64,000 bases of DNA from Octopus bimaculoides. Taxonomy: Eukaryota. A model generated the notes under the pieces. The model made no database searches, was not told the origin of the DNA, and saw only the letters and a list, made by a program, of their open reading frames with translations. The DNA lies in assembly GCF_001194135.2 (NCBI RefSeq), contig NC_068984.1:30497220-30561219 (forward strand). Reading direction: 5' to 3'. Below are positions 24,420 to 38,223 of this stretch, piece after piece. A program made the translations under genes and the position numbers. Within the stretch, counting starts at the first letter, position 1. Every line of letters begins with the position of its first letter.

Positions 24420-25360
24420 TGCTGACATCCAAAAGAATACAAGAATATCACACAAGCAATCAACTTAAGGTTATTCTTCTACAAAGGTGTGGAACCAGAT
24501 TCATTGATTGCAGAAAGGAAGAGGTGAGGGACATCAAAAGGAAAATGAGGAAGTGGTTCTGAATGCATAGAAGCATGCATCCAAAATCTGATGTGGAGCA
24601 ATTGTAACAGAAAGAGCGAAACAAGAAAGAGGATTAATGAGTGTCAAAGATGCTGGGGAAATAGCGAAGACAAGATTTGAAGAAATAAAAGAAGCACTCC
24701 TTAAGGTAGTAATGAGTGGAGGACTATTTACAAAGTAAGTAAACCCTAAATAGAACATTTGGGAAAAGTGAAAAAAATGGAAATCATACATTGAAGGAAA
24801 GGACTTTCACTTGGCATTTTTCAAAAAAACTCCAAAAGGTAAGGAAGGACAAGGACAACTGGCTATGGTTAAAAATATGGGTAATGAAGAAAGAGATAGA
24901 GGAATTGATCTTGGCAATGGAGGAACAGGTACTAAGGATAAATTGGATCAAGAGGATGAAAGATCAGCAGAATTGTTCAACTAAGTGCCAAAGGCATAAT
25001 GATTCAAAGGTGACTGTATCTCACATTGTATCAGAATGTCCATAGTTCTGAATGAATAAAAAAGTGCAGGCATGACAAGATTATGGCAATAATTTACTGG
25101 AATTTTGGGATTTTGATGGAAGTGTGATTTTGCAAGTACAGAGGAAAGCTATAACAAATTCTGGAAATATAAATGCATAAATGCAATCCGATGGAAACTA
25201 TGAAATGAGATTGTTGTGCAAGTTGCAGATGCAAAGTGAAAGAGGAAAGAAACTCAACTAGCCAAATATTGTAGTCATTGACAAGAATAAAAAAATATGT
25301 ATAGTAATTGACATGGCATTCCTATTTGACCTCAGAGTAAAAAGAATGTTAAAATGTAGA
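24420..25360 (+). mobile_element. R4/Dong LINE 3' region, decayed
   Basis: MHPKSDVEQL; WLK...EELILAMEEQVLR...KC...TVSHIVSECP zinc-knuckle region; DIVVIDKNKKICIVIDMAF. Confidence 0.7.
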
Positions 25361-25490
25361 GCATTATTTGAATTTCAAGTATGAAATTCTTAGTGCTCAT
25401 GATCAGAATAGTAATAAAAATAATCATTATATGTACATGAGGCACACAAAAGGTTGCAAAAATGACAGAAATGTTAGAATATTGGTTAAA

Positions 25491-25708
25491 ATATTCTTTT
25501 CTACTCTAGGCACAAGGCCCCAAATTTTGGGCGAGGGGGCCAGTCGATAAGATCGACCCCAGTATGCAACTGGTGCTTAATTTATTGACCACGAAAGGAT
25601 GACAGGCAAAGTCTACCTCGGTGGAATTTTAACTCAGAATGTAAAGATGGACGAAATACCGCTTAGCATTTTGCCTGGCATGCTAACGTTTCTGCCACCT
25701 CACCACCT
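25491..25708 (-). mobile_element. SINE family A, (AAGAAT) tail type
   Basis: attcttttctactctaggcacaagg...gctaacgtttctgccacctcaccacc; same tail as 63530. Confidence 0.85.
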
Positions 25709-26749
25709 TACTGGTTAAAATATTTGCTCTAAAAGTGTGGTATTTGTATTGCTTGATATGTGTTATGTTTTTATTCTTTTGATATTCATTTGAAAGACCT
25801 TCGTGGGGAGGGCTGCATACCTGTTAAGTATTTTTGGGATTACTTGTAAAGTTTTAATCTCTACTCTATATTTTATACAGTTATTTATGCATACAGAAAT
25901 GTCTATCTGGAACAATATATGAAGAGCTTACTTTCTAAACCAGATATATGCATCAAAATGACTTTTGAATAACTGAGGAAATTCAGTATCTAAATATATC
26001 TGGTTTTAATTGGAAGACTAAGATTCATTTACTGTCTATATGGCATCTATCCCAGTTTGACTGAAAAATATTTCACATGCATGCAGCCAGCACCTTGCAA
26101 ATTGTTCTTTAATGGTTATCATGAAATAGACCGAACATGCACTTATACTTATTTTGAAAGTAAGCTCCTTAATTATATGTGGAATATGTCCATTTGTTTA
26201 GTGGGTTCTGCACAACAACAAATAGGTTGTGTCTCAATTCTTGAAAGAAGGGCATTGACTATTGCTTCAGGATTTTGCTTATCTGTAAATTTCTCTCTCA
26301 TTTATTTTCCTACCTATCACTAATCTCCTCAGTTTATTGTTATTTTCATGTAAGCTACTATGGTAGTGAGCCTGTTTACAAACTGGCCATCTTCACTTTT
26401 GCAGCTCAGTATATGAACTTCTTAACTTTTAAGGATTCAAGTTTCACTGCAGTCACTTTAATAAATGCCAGTGGGCAGGAAAACTAGGAGTAGCTTTAAC
26501 TTGAATTAAAGAAGTACACGTTTCTACATCTATACTGTTTGCATATCTTTATTTAATCAACACAAACCAGGTATTTCCTGTTTTTTTTTTTCTTTTTTTG
26601 TTTTGCAAGGTTGAATCTTGTCAATATATTTTATTTTCTTGATCAAGGAGGGTAAAAAAGATCAAAGTCAGTTGGCACAGAGGGATGGAACTAAATTCTG
26701 GGGAATATTAAATTTGGTGCTCCATCATTTCCTGCATTACACTGCACTC

Positions 26750-27270
26750 CATACTAATCATCTTTTCATCCTAAAACCACTCTACTACTTTTGAAACCAT
26801 TCCCCTCCTTATTAAACTAGTCCAGTACTTCCAACTCCAATCTCTAATCCATTTCCTTCCACCTTCACATCACTTCGCTCCACTTTATTCCATTCCATTC
26901 AACTCCATTTCCTCTTCTATCCACTCATTTCTTTTCCTTTGCACTCCCCTTTGTTCCTCCTCTTCTCTGCACTCCCCTCTGTTCCACTCCTTTAAAATCC
27001 TCAACCATTTACTTCCCTACCTCTCCCTCCACTCTGCTTTAATCAATCCTAATCCATTCCCTTCCCCTCAACCTTAATCCATACCATTCCCTCCTCCACA
27101 TCACTCCATTTTCCCCTCTATTTCATTCCCTTTTGCACCTTCAACTCCACTTAGTTTTCCTCTATATCACTCTCTTCCGCTGTCCACTCCACTATTTTCC
27201 GTTCCATTCCACATACTTCCCTTTCCTCTTCATCCTTCAAAAACCCTCCTCCTGCCCTCACTCTGCTGGC
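26750..27270. repeat. Pyrimidine-rich low-complexity tract (cactcc/cattcc units)
   Basis: About 500 bp nearly devoid of G on the plus strand. Confidence 0.7.
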
Positions 27271-27692
27271 ATTGTCATATGATTAATAATAATTACAGTT
27301 TTTGTGCAATATGGCTGCCAAAATAAATAACTGAGTTAAACTATCAATTAAATAAATAAGAGGAGCGGAAAAAGGTTTGTATGAAAAATATTTAGTTGTT
27401 AAAGCAAGTCATTTATTGTTCACTAGCAAAGTTTGCACTTGATTAGAATTTGAAAATAAAAATAGATAAATGAATGAATGTATAAAATAAAATGTATAAA
27501 AATTAAAAAAAAGAAACAAGAAATATTTCCTATTTTCTCAATATTTCCATTTGAAAAAGGCTTAAATAGTGATTTAAAACTGGAGATTAAATATTCATTC
27601 AAACATAAACCGTTAAGTAACATGAAGAAGGCAGAATTTTATCAAACCTTTCAGCTTACACTCCACCCTGATATTTCTGTCAGTTTTTCTCA

Positions 27693-27735
<43 letters not shown>

Positions 27736-28399
27736 TCAATTTATTATGATTAATCATTTATAAAAATGTTCTTCGCCCATCGTTGTTGTCTCTTTTATTA
27801 CACAGCGAAGAAAGTTTTGCAATGTAGCTGAGATGTCATGTTATGTTATTATATTTCACTTCCATATACTTCTTACTGCAGCAAGAACACAGAAGATTGA
27901 TTCACATGCAAGCTCATTACATTAAAAATTACATCATTTCTTAAATGAACAATAAATGAACATCTGCATTATATAACTAAGAAAGTGTTTCATTCATTAT
28001 TAAATGAAGAGGCAAATCTCAAATGAATCCTTTATATACACAATTTATCTATGTGTATTTATGTATGTATGCATGTATATATGTATGCATGTATATGCAT
28101 GTGTGCATGTGTGTGCATATGTACATAAATGCCTATTTTATTCTATTTTCCTACAACTATCTTGATGTATGCTTTGTTTTTACATATTATGAAGTTTAAT
28201 ATTATAGAGGAAAGAGGAAAACACAATGGAGGTGATTTGACAGAAAAGATAGAATGTTATATTTAGTGCTTTACAAGGTTTACTTTCATTTCATTGCAGT
28301 TTATGCACAAACATTGACAGGGTCATTTTGCCTTTTGTTGCTTTATTGTCGTTGTCGTCATAGTCGTCGTCTTCCAATTCCTCCTCTTCCACATCATCA

Positions 28400-28507
28400 T
28401 TACCACCACCACCACCACCACCACAACCACCACTGCCACCACCACTACCACCAATGCTACCACCGCTACCACAACTACTACCACCGCCACCACCACTGCC
28501 CCCCCCA
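28400..28507. repeat. (CCA/CTA)n microsatellite adjoining a gap
   Basis: Directly visible. Confidence 0.85.
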
Positions 28508-28961
28508 NNNNNNNNNNNNNNNNNNNNNNNNNNNNNNNNNNNNNNNNNNNNNNNNNNNNNNNNNNNNNNNNNNNNNNNNNNNNNNNNNNNNNNNNNNNNN
28601 NNNNNNNNNNNNNNNNNNNNNNNNNNNNNNNNNNNNNNNNNNNNNNNNNNNNNNNNNNNNNNNNNNNNNNNNNNNNNNNNNNNNNNNNNNNNNNNNNNNN
28701 NNNNNNNNNNNNNNNNNNNNNNNNNNNNNNNNNNNNNNNNNNNNNNNNNNNNNNNNNNNNNNNNNNNNNNNNTGGCCAAATGCCATCCCTGCTGCCAAAA
28801 CCTTACCTGTGAATTCTTTATTCTTTTTTTATGCGAGGCACTCTTTATTCCACTGGACTTCACACCAATGAAAGTATCTCATTTTGGCATGTATTGTTTA
28901 TAGGGGACATAACCAAACATTACTGCTGCTTAGTGTTAAATCAGTGTGAAGTTAACAGAGG

Positions 28962-29008
<47 letters not shown>

Positions 29009-29340
29009 ATGTAAGTGTGTGTTTGTGTGAATACTTTCACACACACATTTTCCCGTGTCCATTTTCTGTGTTGGCATGGATTGAAAAGTTTGACAGGACC
29101 TGATGTCATCATGCTACACTGTCTACTTTGACATAGTTTCTATGACAACATGCCCTTCCTAATGTCAAACACTTTACTGAGTGCGTTGAGTACTTAATTC
29201 ATGACACCATGGCTAATGAGGTTGCCTGACAATTTAAGACTATAATCTCCTTGCAGTAGATAAGGAAAGAAGAAAGAAAGAAAGATGACATGAGGTTTGG
29301 GTGACAGGAGGTCTGGGTGGGTTGCAAGAATGTGGGGTGA

Positions 29341-29592
29341 GGCAGCGAGCTGGCAGAAGGCGGCGAGCTGGCAGAAATGTTAGCACGCGGGACGAAATGC
29401 TTAGCGGTATTTCGTTTGCCGCTATGTTCTGAGTTCAGATTCTGCCAAGGTCGACTTAGGCTTTCATCCTTTCAGGGTTGATTAAATAAGTACCAGTTAT
29501 GCACTGGGGTCGATGTAATCGACTTAATCCCATTGTCTGTCCTTGTTTGTCCCCTCTATGTTTAGCCCATTGTGGGCAATAAAAAAATAAGA
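29341..29592 (+). mobile_element. SINE family A with a duplicated 18-nt head
   Basis: ggcagcgagctggcagaa followed by ggcggcgagctggcagaa; tail tttagcccattgtgggcaataaaaaaataaga. Confidence 0.88.
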
Positions 29593-30157
29593 GTGTTGGG
29601 TGAGGCATGGGGAGAGCGAGAGGTTATGGCAGTAAAGAAGGAGAAATAATTTGGTGGTACAGAAGGGTGTTTAATGTAAAATGAAGGTGGAGTGGGACAG
29701 TATTAAGAATGAAAGTGGGATATCAGGTGAAATGATTCCGGATATTCAGGAGGATAAGTGGCTTCAGGGGAAAATGGTAAGACATGCAGTTCTGTTCGCA
29801 TTTAATTACAGCGGTAGAGCAGGTGATCCAGGCATAGAGATTAGCAACACTCCAGCATTGCAGAGAAAACTGATGCAAAAAGATAATGATGATACACTCA
29901 CACAAAAATATGCATAAATACAAACACACATATATATGGTGAATTTCAGCACATTTTCCATCTACAAAATTTCATTCATGTAATATTGGTCAGCTCAAAG
30001 TAATAGTAGAAGACAATTGCTCTTGGTGCCACACAGCAGAATCAAACCCAGAATCACATGTACAGCAAATATAACCATAGAGAAAAAAAAATACAACTTT
30101 TTAAATGCTATTTTGATATATCATGGTTGATATTGTGTTTAAATATCAAAGACTAAT

Positions 30158-30568
30158 TCTTTTATTCTTATATTCTTTTATTTGGTTCAGTTATTTGATT
30201 GTGGCCATTCTGGAGCACCACCTTCAGTTGAACAAATTGAACCCAGGACTTATTTTTTGTAAGCTTAGTACTTATTCTATCAGTCTGTTTTGCATCGGTT
30301 GTCAAGTGATGGTGGTGGTGGTGGTGGGGGGGGGGACAAACACACATAGACAAACATATACAAACATAAATATACACACACACACACACACACACATATA
30401 CATACACGACAAGCTTCTTTCAGTTTCTGTCAACCAAATCCACTCACAAGGCTTTGGTCGGCCTGAGGCTATAGTAGAAGACACTTACCCAAAATACCTG
30501 CAGTGGGACTGAACCTGGAACCATGTGGTTGGGAAGCAACTTACTTACCACACATCCCCCCCTGCACC
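30158..30568 (-). mobile_element. SINE family C (CORE-like)
   Basis: Reverse complement of 61411-61872. Confidence 0.82.
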
Positions 30569-32104
30569 ATTATAAGTAAAGTAGCTGAGCCTGTGCCATC
30601 AACAATGATGGCTAATTGCAGTATTTCATATATAAATAAGGTACATAATAATCACACATACAAACATTAACATACTTCCCTTGTACATGCGCACACATGT
30701 ACACATATACTAACACAGAGTTGAAACGCTGAATTTTTTTTCACCTCTTCCTTCTTTATTCATCTTTCATCCCTTCCTTTCTCCCATTGCTATTACTTTC
30801 TCTCACTCCATCTCAGTTGGGGCTTTTACTCTCAGTACTTCTCCTTCACTGAATTATTATTTTCTCCCCGCTTCCACGTCCAACATGGTTCTGGACAAAT
30901 ATATATGTACAGATATATAAAAACTCTTCACATATTATTATGTTAGGAGATGCCTCTATCGTTTTCGTAGCAGTCTTGTTTCAGCACATCCAAAAATGAG
31001 TTGTTTGCTTTTGAGTTAAACATTTTTAAAATTATTAATTTTTGTTTTGTTACTATTTTTTATATACATTGATCCATGAAAGAATGCATTGGATAGCTTT
31101 ACAAATTCATGAGTATAATTAACAACAGGAATCTATTCTTCATGTTTACATGCTTTGCTTTGAAATGGAAATGGCATCACATAGTGTTTCTTAGGTAGGT
31201 GTTCTCTGTGGAGCAAGTGTATAAAAAATTATTTTTAAATGTGTATAAAACAATAGCAATGACAGGAACTTAGTTGTTCTTTGTGTAACAAAAATAAATA
31301 AATATTCTTTGTGCAGATTGTGTGAAGAGTGGATTCTTGTCTATGACACCAAAACCTGGATTATGAAGCAGGTAGAAAAACAAAACCTGAAACTGAGGAC
31401 CTAACAAATCTAATGATGGACAGAGATTCCTGTAAATGCATTTTAGTTGTGGCTGCTTGAAGAAAAAAGTATTAAATACTCAACACATGCTCTTATGATT
31501 TCTCTCTTTCTCTCTTGCTCACTCTCTCTTCTCTTTTTCTCTCTAACTATCTGCCTCTCCTTCTCTGCCTACTTGTCTCCTCTCATTCTGTCATTTTCTG
31601 TCTCTCACACTCACATGCACACTCTATCATGGAATGAGTTACTATGGAGACAGTTTACAAAACTGATACCTACTGACACCCTCTCAGTTTATTACCTGCT
31701 ATGCAAGCAATTTAGCAAGTTGCTGGCAACATCCTTAATACATGCAAGCAACATATTTAATCCTCTATAAATCGTGCCAGTATTCTGAATATAAAATTTA
31801 CAAAAATTCAAATGAATATATTTTCTTTTATAACGTTGTAGGCTTTTAGAAGATGTGTGTAGTTGTAAATCCATGATTCAAAATAGTTTTTGCACACACT
31901 CTACTCTATCTCAACATGCTGTGAATATAATGTTTTTGACATGAGAAAATATTAGCATCTTGGCAATTGAGAGTTATTAGAAAAGCATAAAGGATAAATA
32001 AATGAAATCCTATAGAGTGCGAAAATATTAACAAACTTTAAAATAGCTTATCAACTGCTTTCTACATTCACAAAATTGGTTTAGCAAATAACAATAATAA
32101 TAAT

Positions 32105-32297
32105 GGTTTCAAATTTTGGTGCAAGAACAGCAATTTTGGAGGTAAAAATATGTTGGTTAAATCGACCCCAGTGCTCAACTGGTACTTATTTTATTGATCC
32201 TGAAAGAATGAAAGGTAAAGACGACCATGGTAGCATTTGAACTCAGAATATAAATTCAGAAGAAATGCTGTTGAATATTTTGTCTAGTATGGTGACA
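32105..32297 (-). mobile_element. SINE family A, decayed
   Basis: atcgaccccagtgctcaactggtacttattttattgatcctgaaag...tttgaactcagaa. Confidence 0.72.
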
Positions 32298-33089
32298 CTT
32301 TTACCTGCTCATCACCTTAAATAATGTTAATAACAATAAAAATAGTCTTAATAATGCTGTTCATCACCATTGTCACTGTTTTTGTCTTTATCAGCATCAT
32401 CATAATCATCAGCACGACTGTTGTCAGCGTTTTCATTGTTGTCCTCACAAATGTTGTTGTTATGGTGATTGTCAACAATGGTAGCTGTGGTCATAAGGGA
32501 CACTGTGATCATCAACATTGTCACCTCAGTCACCACTGCTGTCATCACCATCATTGTCATCATCATCATCAGTAGCAGCATGAACAGCAATGTTTTAACT
32601 TCATTATTTGTCTTGCTAGCATTAATTTTCCATGCTTGCTACAAAAAATATTGCTATTTCTGATGTTTTCTATAAATTCTCATCTTTGCAGCTCAGCATC
32701 TTGACATCTATCAATGTTTCTGATCACTTATTCATAAGCTGAGCTTCTATATATTCCAAGAAGTTGTAACTTGCTAGAAATAGCAGACAAATTCCATTCC
32801 AATCACAGCATATCATTGGAAATAATAAAGGACTCAGTGAACATTGTAATCCTAGATGTACAAAAGAAAAAAAAAAGAAAGAAAATATGAGGAATACATC
32901 TGCTGGGATGCTTTTAATCAAAAGTCTGCTTGACAAGGACTTAAAACTTCAATGACAGTAGCAATAAAATTTCACCTGGTTATATTGTTCAAAACTGCAA
33001 TCAACAAATAAGGCAAAGCATGTTTTCTCCCAGGTCTTATACACCCTGCATTCTATTATGCCCATAGTAGGCAATCCTATTTTCTGTAT

Positions 33090-33421
33090 AGTGTCGCCCT
33101 CCTGGCACTTGTGCCGGTGGCACATTAAAAGTTATTCGAGCGAGATCATTGCCAGTGCTGCTGGACTGGCTCCCGTGCAGGTGGCACGTAAAATACACCA
33201 TTTTGAGCATGGCCATTGCCAGTACCGCCTGACTGGCCTTCGTGCCAGTGGCACGTAAAAGCACCCACTACACTCTCAGAGTGGTTGGCGTTAGGAAGGG
33301 CATCCAGCTGTAGAAACTCTGCCAAATCAGATTGTAGCCATCTGGTTCACCAGTCCTCAGTCAAATCGTCCAACCCATGCTATCATGGAAAGCAGATGTT
33401 AAATGATGATGATGATGATGA
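33090..33421 (+). mobile_element. RTE 3' UTR-only copy with three tandem modules
   Basis: gtgccNgtggcac(g)taaaa-type motif at 33111, 33175 and 33242, then the conserved terminal region and (GAT)n. Confidence 0.82.
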
Positions 33422-33559
33422 TTGGCTGATGGTTTTAATGTCTCAATGCTCTTTCGCCTTACTCATGTGCCACTTTCCATGAAGGGAAATACTATATATT
33501 TAATAAATCATGCCTACTTAAATACGTTTCATCCACTATAGAGCCAATTCACAGTTATG

Positions 33560-33773
33560 GCAGATGCCAGTGTCACACAAATGGCACCCATGTCAGTGGC
33601 ATGTAATAGCACCCATTACACTCTCGGAATGGTTGGTATTAGGAAGTATATCTGGCCATAGAAAACCATACCAAATCAGACTGGAATCTGGTGCAGCTTC
33701 CCAGTGCACCAGGCCAGGTTAAACTGTCCAACCCATGCCAGCATGGACAACAGACGTTAAATAATGATGATGA
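33560..33773 (+). mobile_element. RTE 3' UTR copy (second subtype)
   Basis: ccaacccatgccagcatggacaacagacgttaaataatgatgatga end. Confidence 0.72.
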
Positions 33774-33782
33774 GACATATAT

Positions 33783-33817
<35 letters not shown>

Positions 33818-34464
33818 NNNNNNNNNNNNNNNNNNNNNNNNNNNNNNNNNNNNNNNNNNNNNNNNNNNNNNNNNNNNNNNNNNNNNNNNNNNNNNNNNNN
33901 NNNNNNNNNNNNNNNNNNNNNNNNNNNNNNNNNNNNNNNNNNNNNNNNNNNNNNNNNNNNNNNNNNNNNNNNNNNNNNNNNNNNNNNNNNNNNNNNNNNN
34001 NNNNNNNNNNNNNNNNNNNNNNNNNNNNNNNNNNNNNNNNNNNNNNNNNNNNNNNNNNNNNNNNNNNNNNNNNNNNNNNNNNNNNNNNNNNNNNNNNNNN
34101 NNNNNNNNNNNNNNNNNNNNNNNNNNNNNNNNNNNNNNNNNNNNNNNNNNNNNNNNNNNNNNNNNNNNNNNNNNNNNNNNNNNNNNNNNNNNNNNNNNNN
34201 NNNNNNNNNNNNNNNNNNNNNNNNNNNNNNNNNNNNNNNNNNNNNNNNNNNNNNNNNNNNNNNNNNNNNNNNNNNNNNNNNNNNNNNNNNNNNNNNNNNN
34301 NNNNNNNNNNNNNNNNNNNNNNNNNNNNNNNNNNNNNNNNNNNNNNNNNNNNNNNNNNNNNNNNNNNNNNNNNNNNNNNNNNNNNNNNNNNNNNNNNNNN
34401 NNNNNNNNNNNNNNNNNNNNNNNNNNNNNNNNNNNNNNNNNNNNNNNNNNNNNNNNNNNNNNNN

Positions 34465-34498
<34 letters not shown>

Positions 34499-35740
34499 TA
34501 TATATATGTATACATATATATGCATATGTATGTATATGTATGTACATATGTATGCATATATATAAATTCATACATACAGATATATACACACACACAGATA
34601 TGTGTGTGTTTGTGTATGTATAATTGATTGGACATACACTTTCATTATTAGATAAAAATATTTTCCGCTTGAGTAAGTCTGATTCAGTTGGGTATATTTG
34701 TTTTTTAATTAAGATAAAAATACAAGATGAAAATATAACAAAAACCTAGAGCCAAAAAAAAAATATACTAAATAAAAACGTCAGGCACTTGTAGCATATT
34801 TTATTTTTACATTATTCCTCCATCTGGAATGGAAACTAAGCTGATGCTATTGAATGTAATCTTTCCATTTATTATACAAGAATTGTAAGAAGATTTCTCC
34901 TGATAAACATTAAAAAAAAAAACATTCTGCCGATACCTAATAGAAAGAAAACAGCCTTCCCTGGTTTTAGTCAGACACTTATCATCAGGATCATCGTCAT
35001 CATCATCGTCATCAGTGTTTAATATCAGTTTATTTACTTTAACCGATTTTTTTTTTTTTTTTCTTTTTTCTATTTTTCAGGCTGTATATTTTCACTTGTA
35101 ACCACTTAAAGATGTCGAATCATTGTACATATAATATGAGCTGTGTAGACTTGCATTCCTGTGCTCAGATTTTGTGATGATTAGGCTGCAGAAGTTCTCC
35201 CTTAGCCTCAACACGAACAATTACCCATTGAAGGATTCAAGGGGAGTAATTACGTTGAATATGGAATTATACTTTTATTAAATCTAACTACTTTGAATGA
35301 ATTGGCTTAGTGCATTTACTGTGTTGTAAACATCATTTGGATGTACTTGCCAGAATGTTGTATTGGCATTAAAGTTCTTTCTGCTCAAAGATTAATTTTG
35401 TTTTCTGTTAATTACACTCCTAGATGTATTAGTCTGAGTATAGCTTCAGGATATATATTCCCCCACTGAAAGAGAAAAGTAGAGAAATAGCATCCAAGCA
35501 AGACTAAATTGGTTTGAAGGATATGTTAACATAAAACTATGGTGATTAATATAGAGATAAGGTGGATATGGAAAGAAAACGGTAAAGTAACAGGAAGGAA
35601 GTAAGTAGTCAAACAAATGTGAGGGAAAAAAATGGATGATAGCTTTGTTCAAAGCAAATTATGGGATATTGATCTGATTGCTTGAAAGCTAGTTGAAAAT
35701 GAATTTTACAGTTAGAGGCAGGTACAACTCAATTTATAGC

Positions 35741-35915
35741 ACATCATCATCATCATTAACATTTAACTTCTATTTTCCATGTTGGCATGGGTTGGATAGC
35801 AAGGTCAGGGTCTGCACCAGGTTCCATGGTCTGTGTTGGCTTGGTTTCCAAAGCTTGAGGCCCTTCCTAATGCCAACCACTTTTTACTTGATAGCGCAGG
35901 TGCTTTTTACATGGT
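35741..35915 (-). mobile_element. RTE 3' UTR fragment
   Basis: catcatcatcattaacatttaac...gcatgggttggat...cccttcctaatgccaaccac. Confidence 0.65.
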
Positions 35916-36687
35916 AACATCACCTTAAAATGAAACATATTATTCATTGGATGACAAACAGGAAATTACTGAGAATGCATATCATACTGGATTAAGAAAG
36001 TATGAAATTAAATACTTAGGTACCCAAAGGAAGCAAACTTTTCATAGATACCAAAAATAAGTGAGAGGAAAAGTGGCAGGACATGTTCGATTATCAGTTG
36101 TTTAACTGTGTTAACTTATGACTATAGGTTAAAAGAAAAAGGAGAAAATAATATATCAGGCTAACAAAGATACCAAAAGCCATTCTCTTTTCCATTTCTA
36201 GTTATGCCAACATGACACATTTTATTTTATAAATTATTTAATAATATGTCATGAAGCAACAAAAGGTCCAAAAGAGGCTATAAGATACTCACAAGACTTG
36301 AAGTATCTTCTGTAGCATGTGTGTCATGGTCACAAGATGCATGGCTTGAATCCCAGTGATAGCTTTTAGCTCTTTTCTCCATCCAGGAGGAGTTATTTTC
36401 TAAAACTCAATATACAATAGCTTTCTTTATTGCTGTATTCAGTTTGAGATACATCTTGATGGTTTTACAATTATTTTATAGATACAGACATTAGATTTTA
36501 TACCTTAAAAGTGTGTTAATCATCTTGAAGCTGGGATGCTCTCTTACTTTTAACAATAATAGTTTAATATTTAAAAAAAAATTTTTTTGTTTGAAATGAA
36601 ATTTAGAGCTGGAATACATTTCTCTTTTAAATCGTATTCATAGGTACAAATCCTTTAGTTTTTTTAATTCCCTTAGACAACTCAATT

Positions 36688-36875
36688 TACTAGAAATAGC
36701 AGTCAAATCTTCCATGAAACACATCATATCTCCTCCAATAAGGAAAAGACACATGAGATAATGTGGTCCTAAATACCTAAGAAGATGAGATGATTATGGC
36801 TGGAATACCTTTGATTATAGGTTTATTCTACCAAAGTTGACCTGGGGATTGAACTTCAACAAACACAACACATTT
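36688..36875 (+). repeat. Dispersed SINE-like repeat F (other copies near 6210-6370, 55821-55990, 57225-57300)
   Basis: Shared ctagaaatagcagNcaaatct core; several copies end in gacctgggg...aacaac. Confidence 0.6.
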
Positions 36876-38223
36876 ATTTGAAAGCCAATAAGATATCTAT
36901 TACATGGTTACTCAACCTTCTAGATTTAAATGAAAAATTACCATAAGCCATACTATCCCTACTACCTCAAGGAAAGGGCACATTAAACAATATAATCCAA
37001 GATAGGCCTAAAAGGATGAAATATAAGGTACAGTCAAGGGTGGAAGGCTTTTGATCATAAATCTTCACAATCAGAGATGACCTCTACTAAACAACAATTC
37101 CTTTAAATGCTTTAGTAACCCAACCTCTAATTAACTTAAGTATTTGCTTCTACAGATGACCATTATAAAAAAGGTATTGAGCTGCTGACATAATTTATAT
37201 TTTCTATTTTTCAGATGTGTTACTGAGATATGAAGTACTCCTGAGCCTCAGAAGCTTGCAACAGAACTGGACTCTGCTAAAGGCTCCTAAGACCTAGGTA
37301 GAAGTGTTAAACCAGAAGATGAATTAAATTTACCATCAAACTTTTCTAGGAGTGATTATTCTGATGTTGAGCTTTGCAGAGCTATTTACTCTATGCCAAT
37401 AATGCCATGAATAAAGTCAGCTTTCTGTATCTAAAAGTTATTTGTGGATACAAGCAGGGATATTTAATATATTGATCAAGTATGTTGATCCTTATTTCCA
37501 ACAGTTGTTGAATGCATTGTTTACTTAAAGCAAACTTTGCTTGAGGAAATACTGAACAAAATCAAAAAAAAAAAAGATAAAAGATGAAAATAAAAGTAAA
37601 ATAAACAAAGTAAATAGATATTTTCTGAGTGCTATATTGTAATTCAGAGCAAACACTCATCTATTATACAGTGATAACATTGCTTACAGCATTTAAAGGA
37701 GAGGAGCATGTAACCATTACAAATATTATAAGAAGAAAAAATATGCATGCAAACCTATTATTGTAGAAGGTGCATCAGTAATGTGCTGCTGTTCAGAGTA
37801 GTTTTATGCACTCCAATATTAACTTCTCAGATACCTTTTCTCCTAATTACAATATAAACCACCAGGATCAGGATGATGGAGTGAGTACATAAAATGTTCT
37901 GATCCAGATTAGATGCAGTTTAGGTATTTAGTTTTGTATTGCATGTTGCTAAATTCAAAATTTGGTACAATTTTTTTGTTTTTGTTTTACATTTGTCTCA
38001 TGTGAAGAAAAACAGCAGTAATATTTCATATATCAATCTGCACCCTGACAAATATTCTTTTAAAACAGAAATCTTGAGCCTAAGAGACAGACTCTTATGA
38101 TACCAGCATTATTGTTGTGTAAAATAGCCAGCCATTATTTATTCTAAAATGTCTTCACTTATTCCTATAAATATAAAACGGTGGTTTCTGTTGCTATAAA
38201 CTCTCATAGGATTCTTTATATAA

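Noticed and set aside
31317-31371. Exon-like segment with AG/GT borders (LCEEWILVYDTKTWIMKQ)
   Set aside because: The peptide resembles the LINE RT LYGSETW motif, and the donor is weak; probably a decayed LINE
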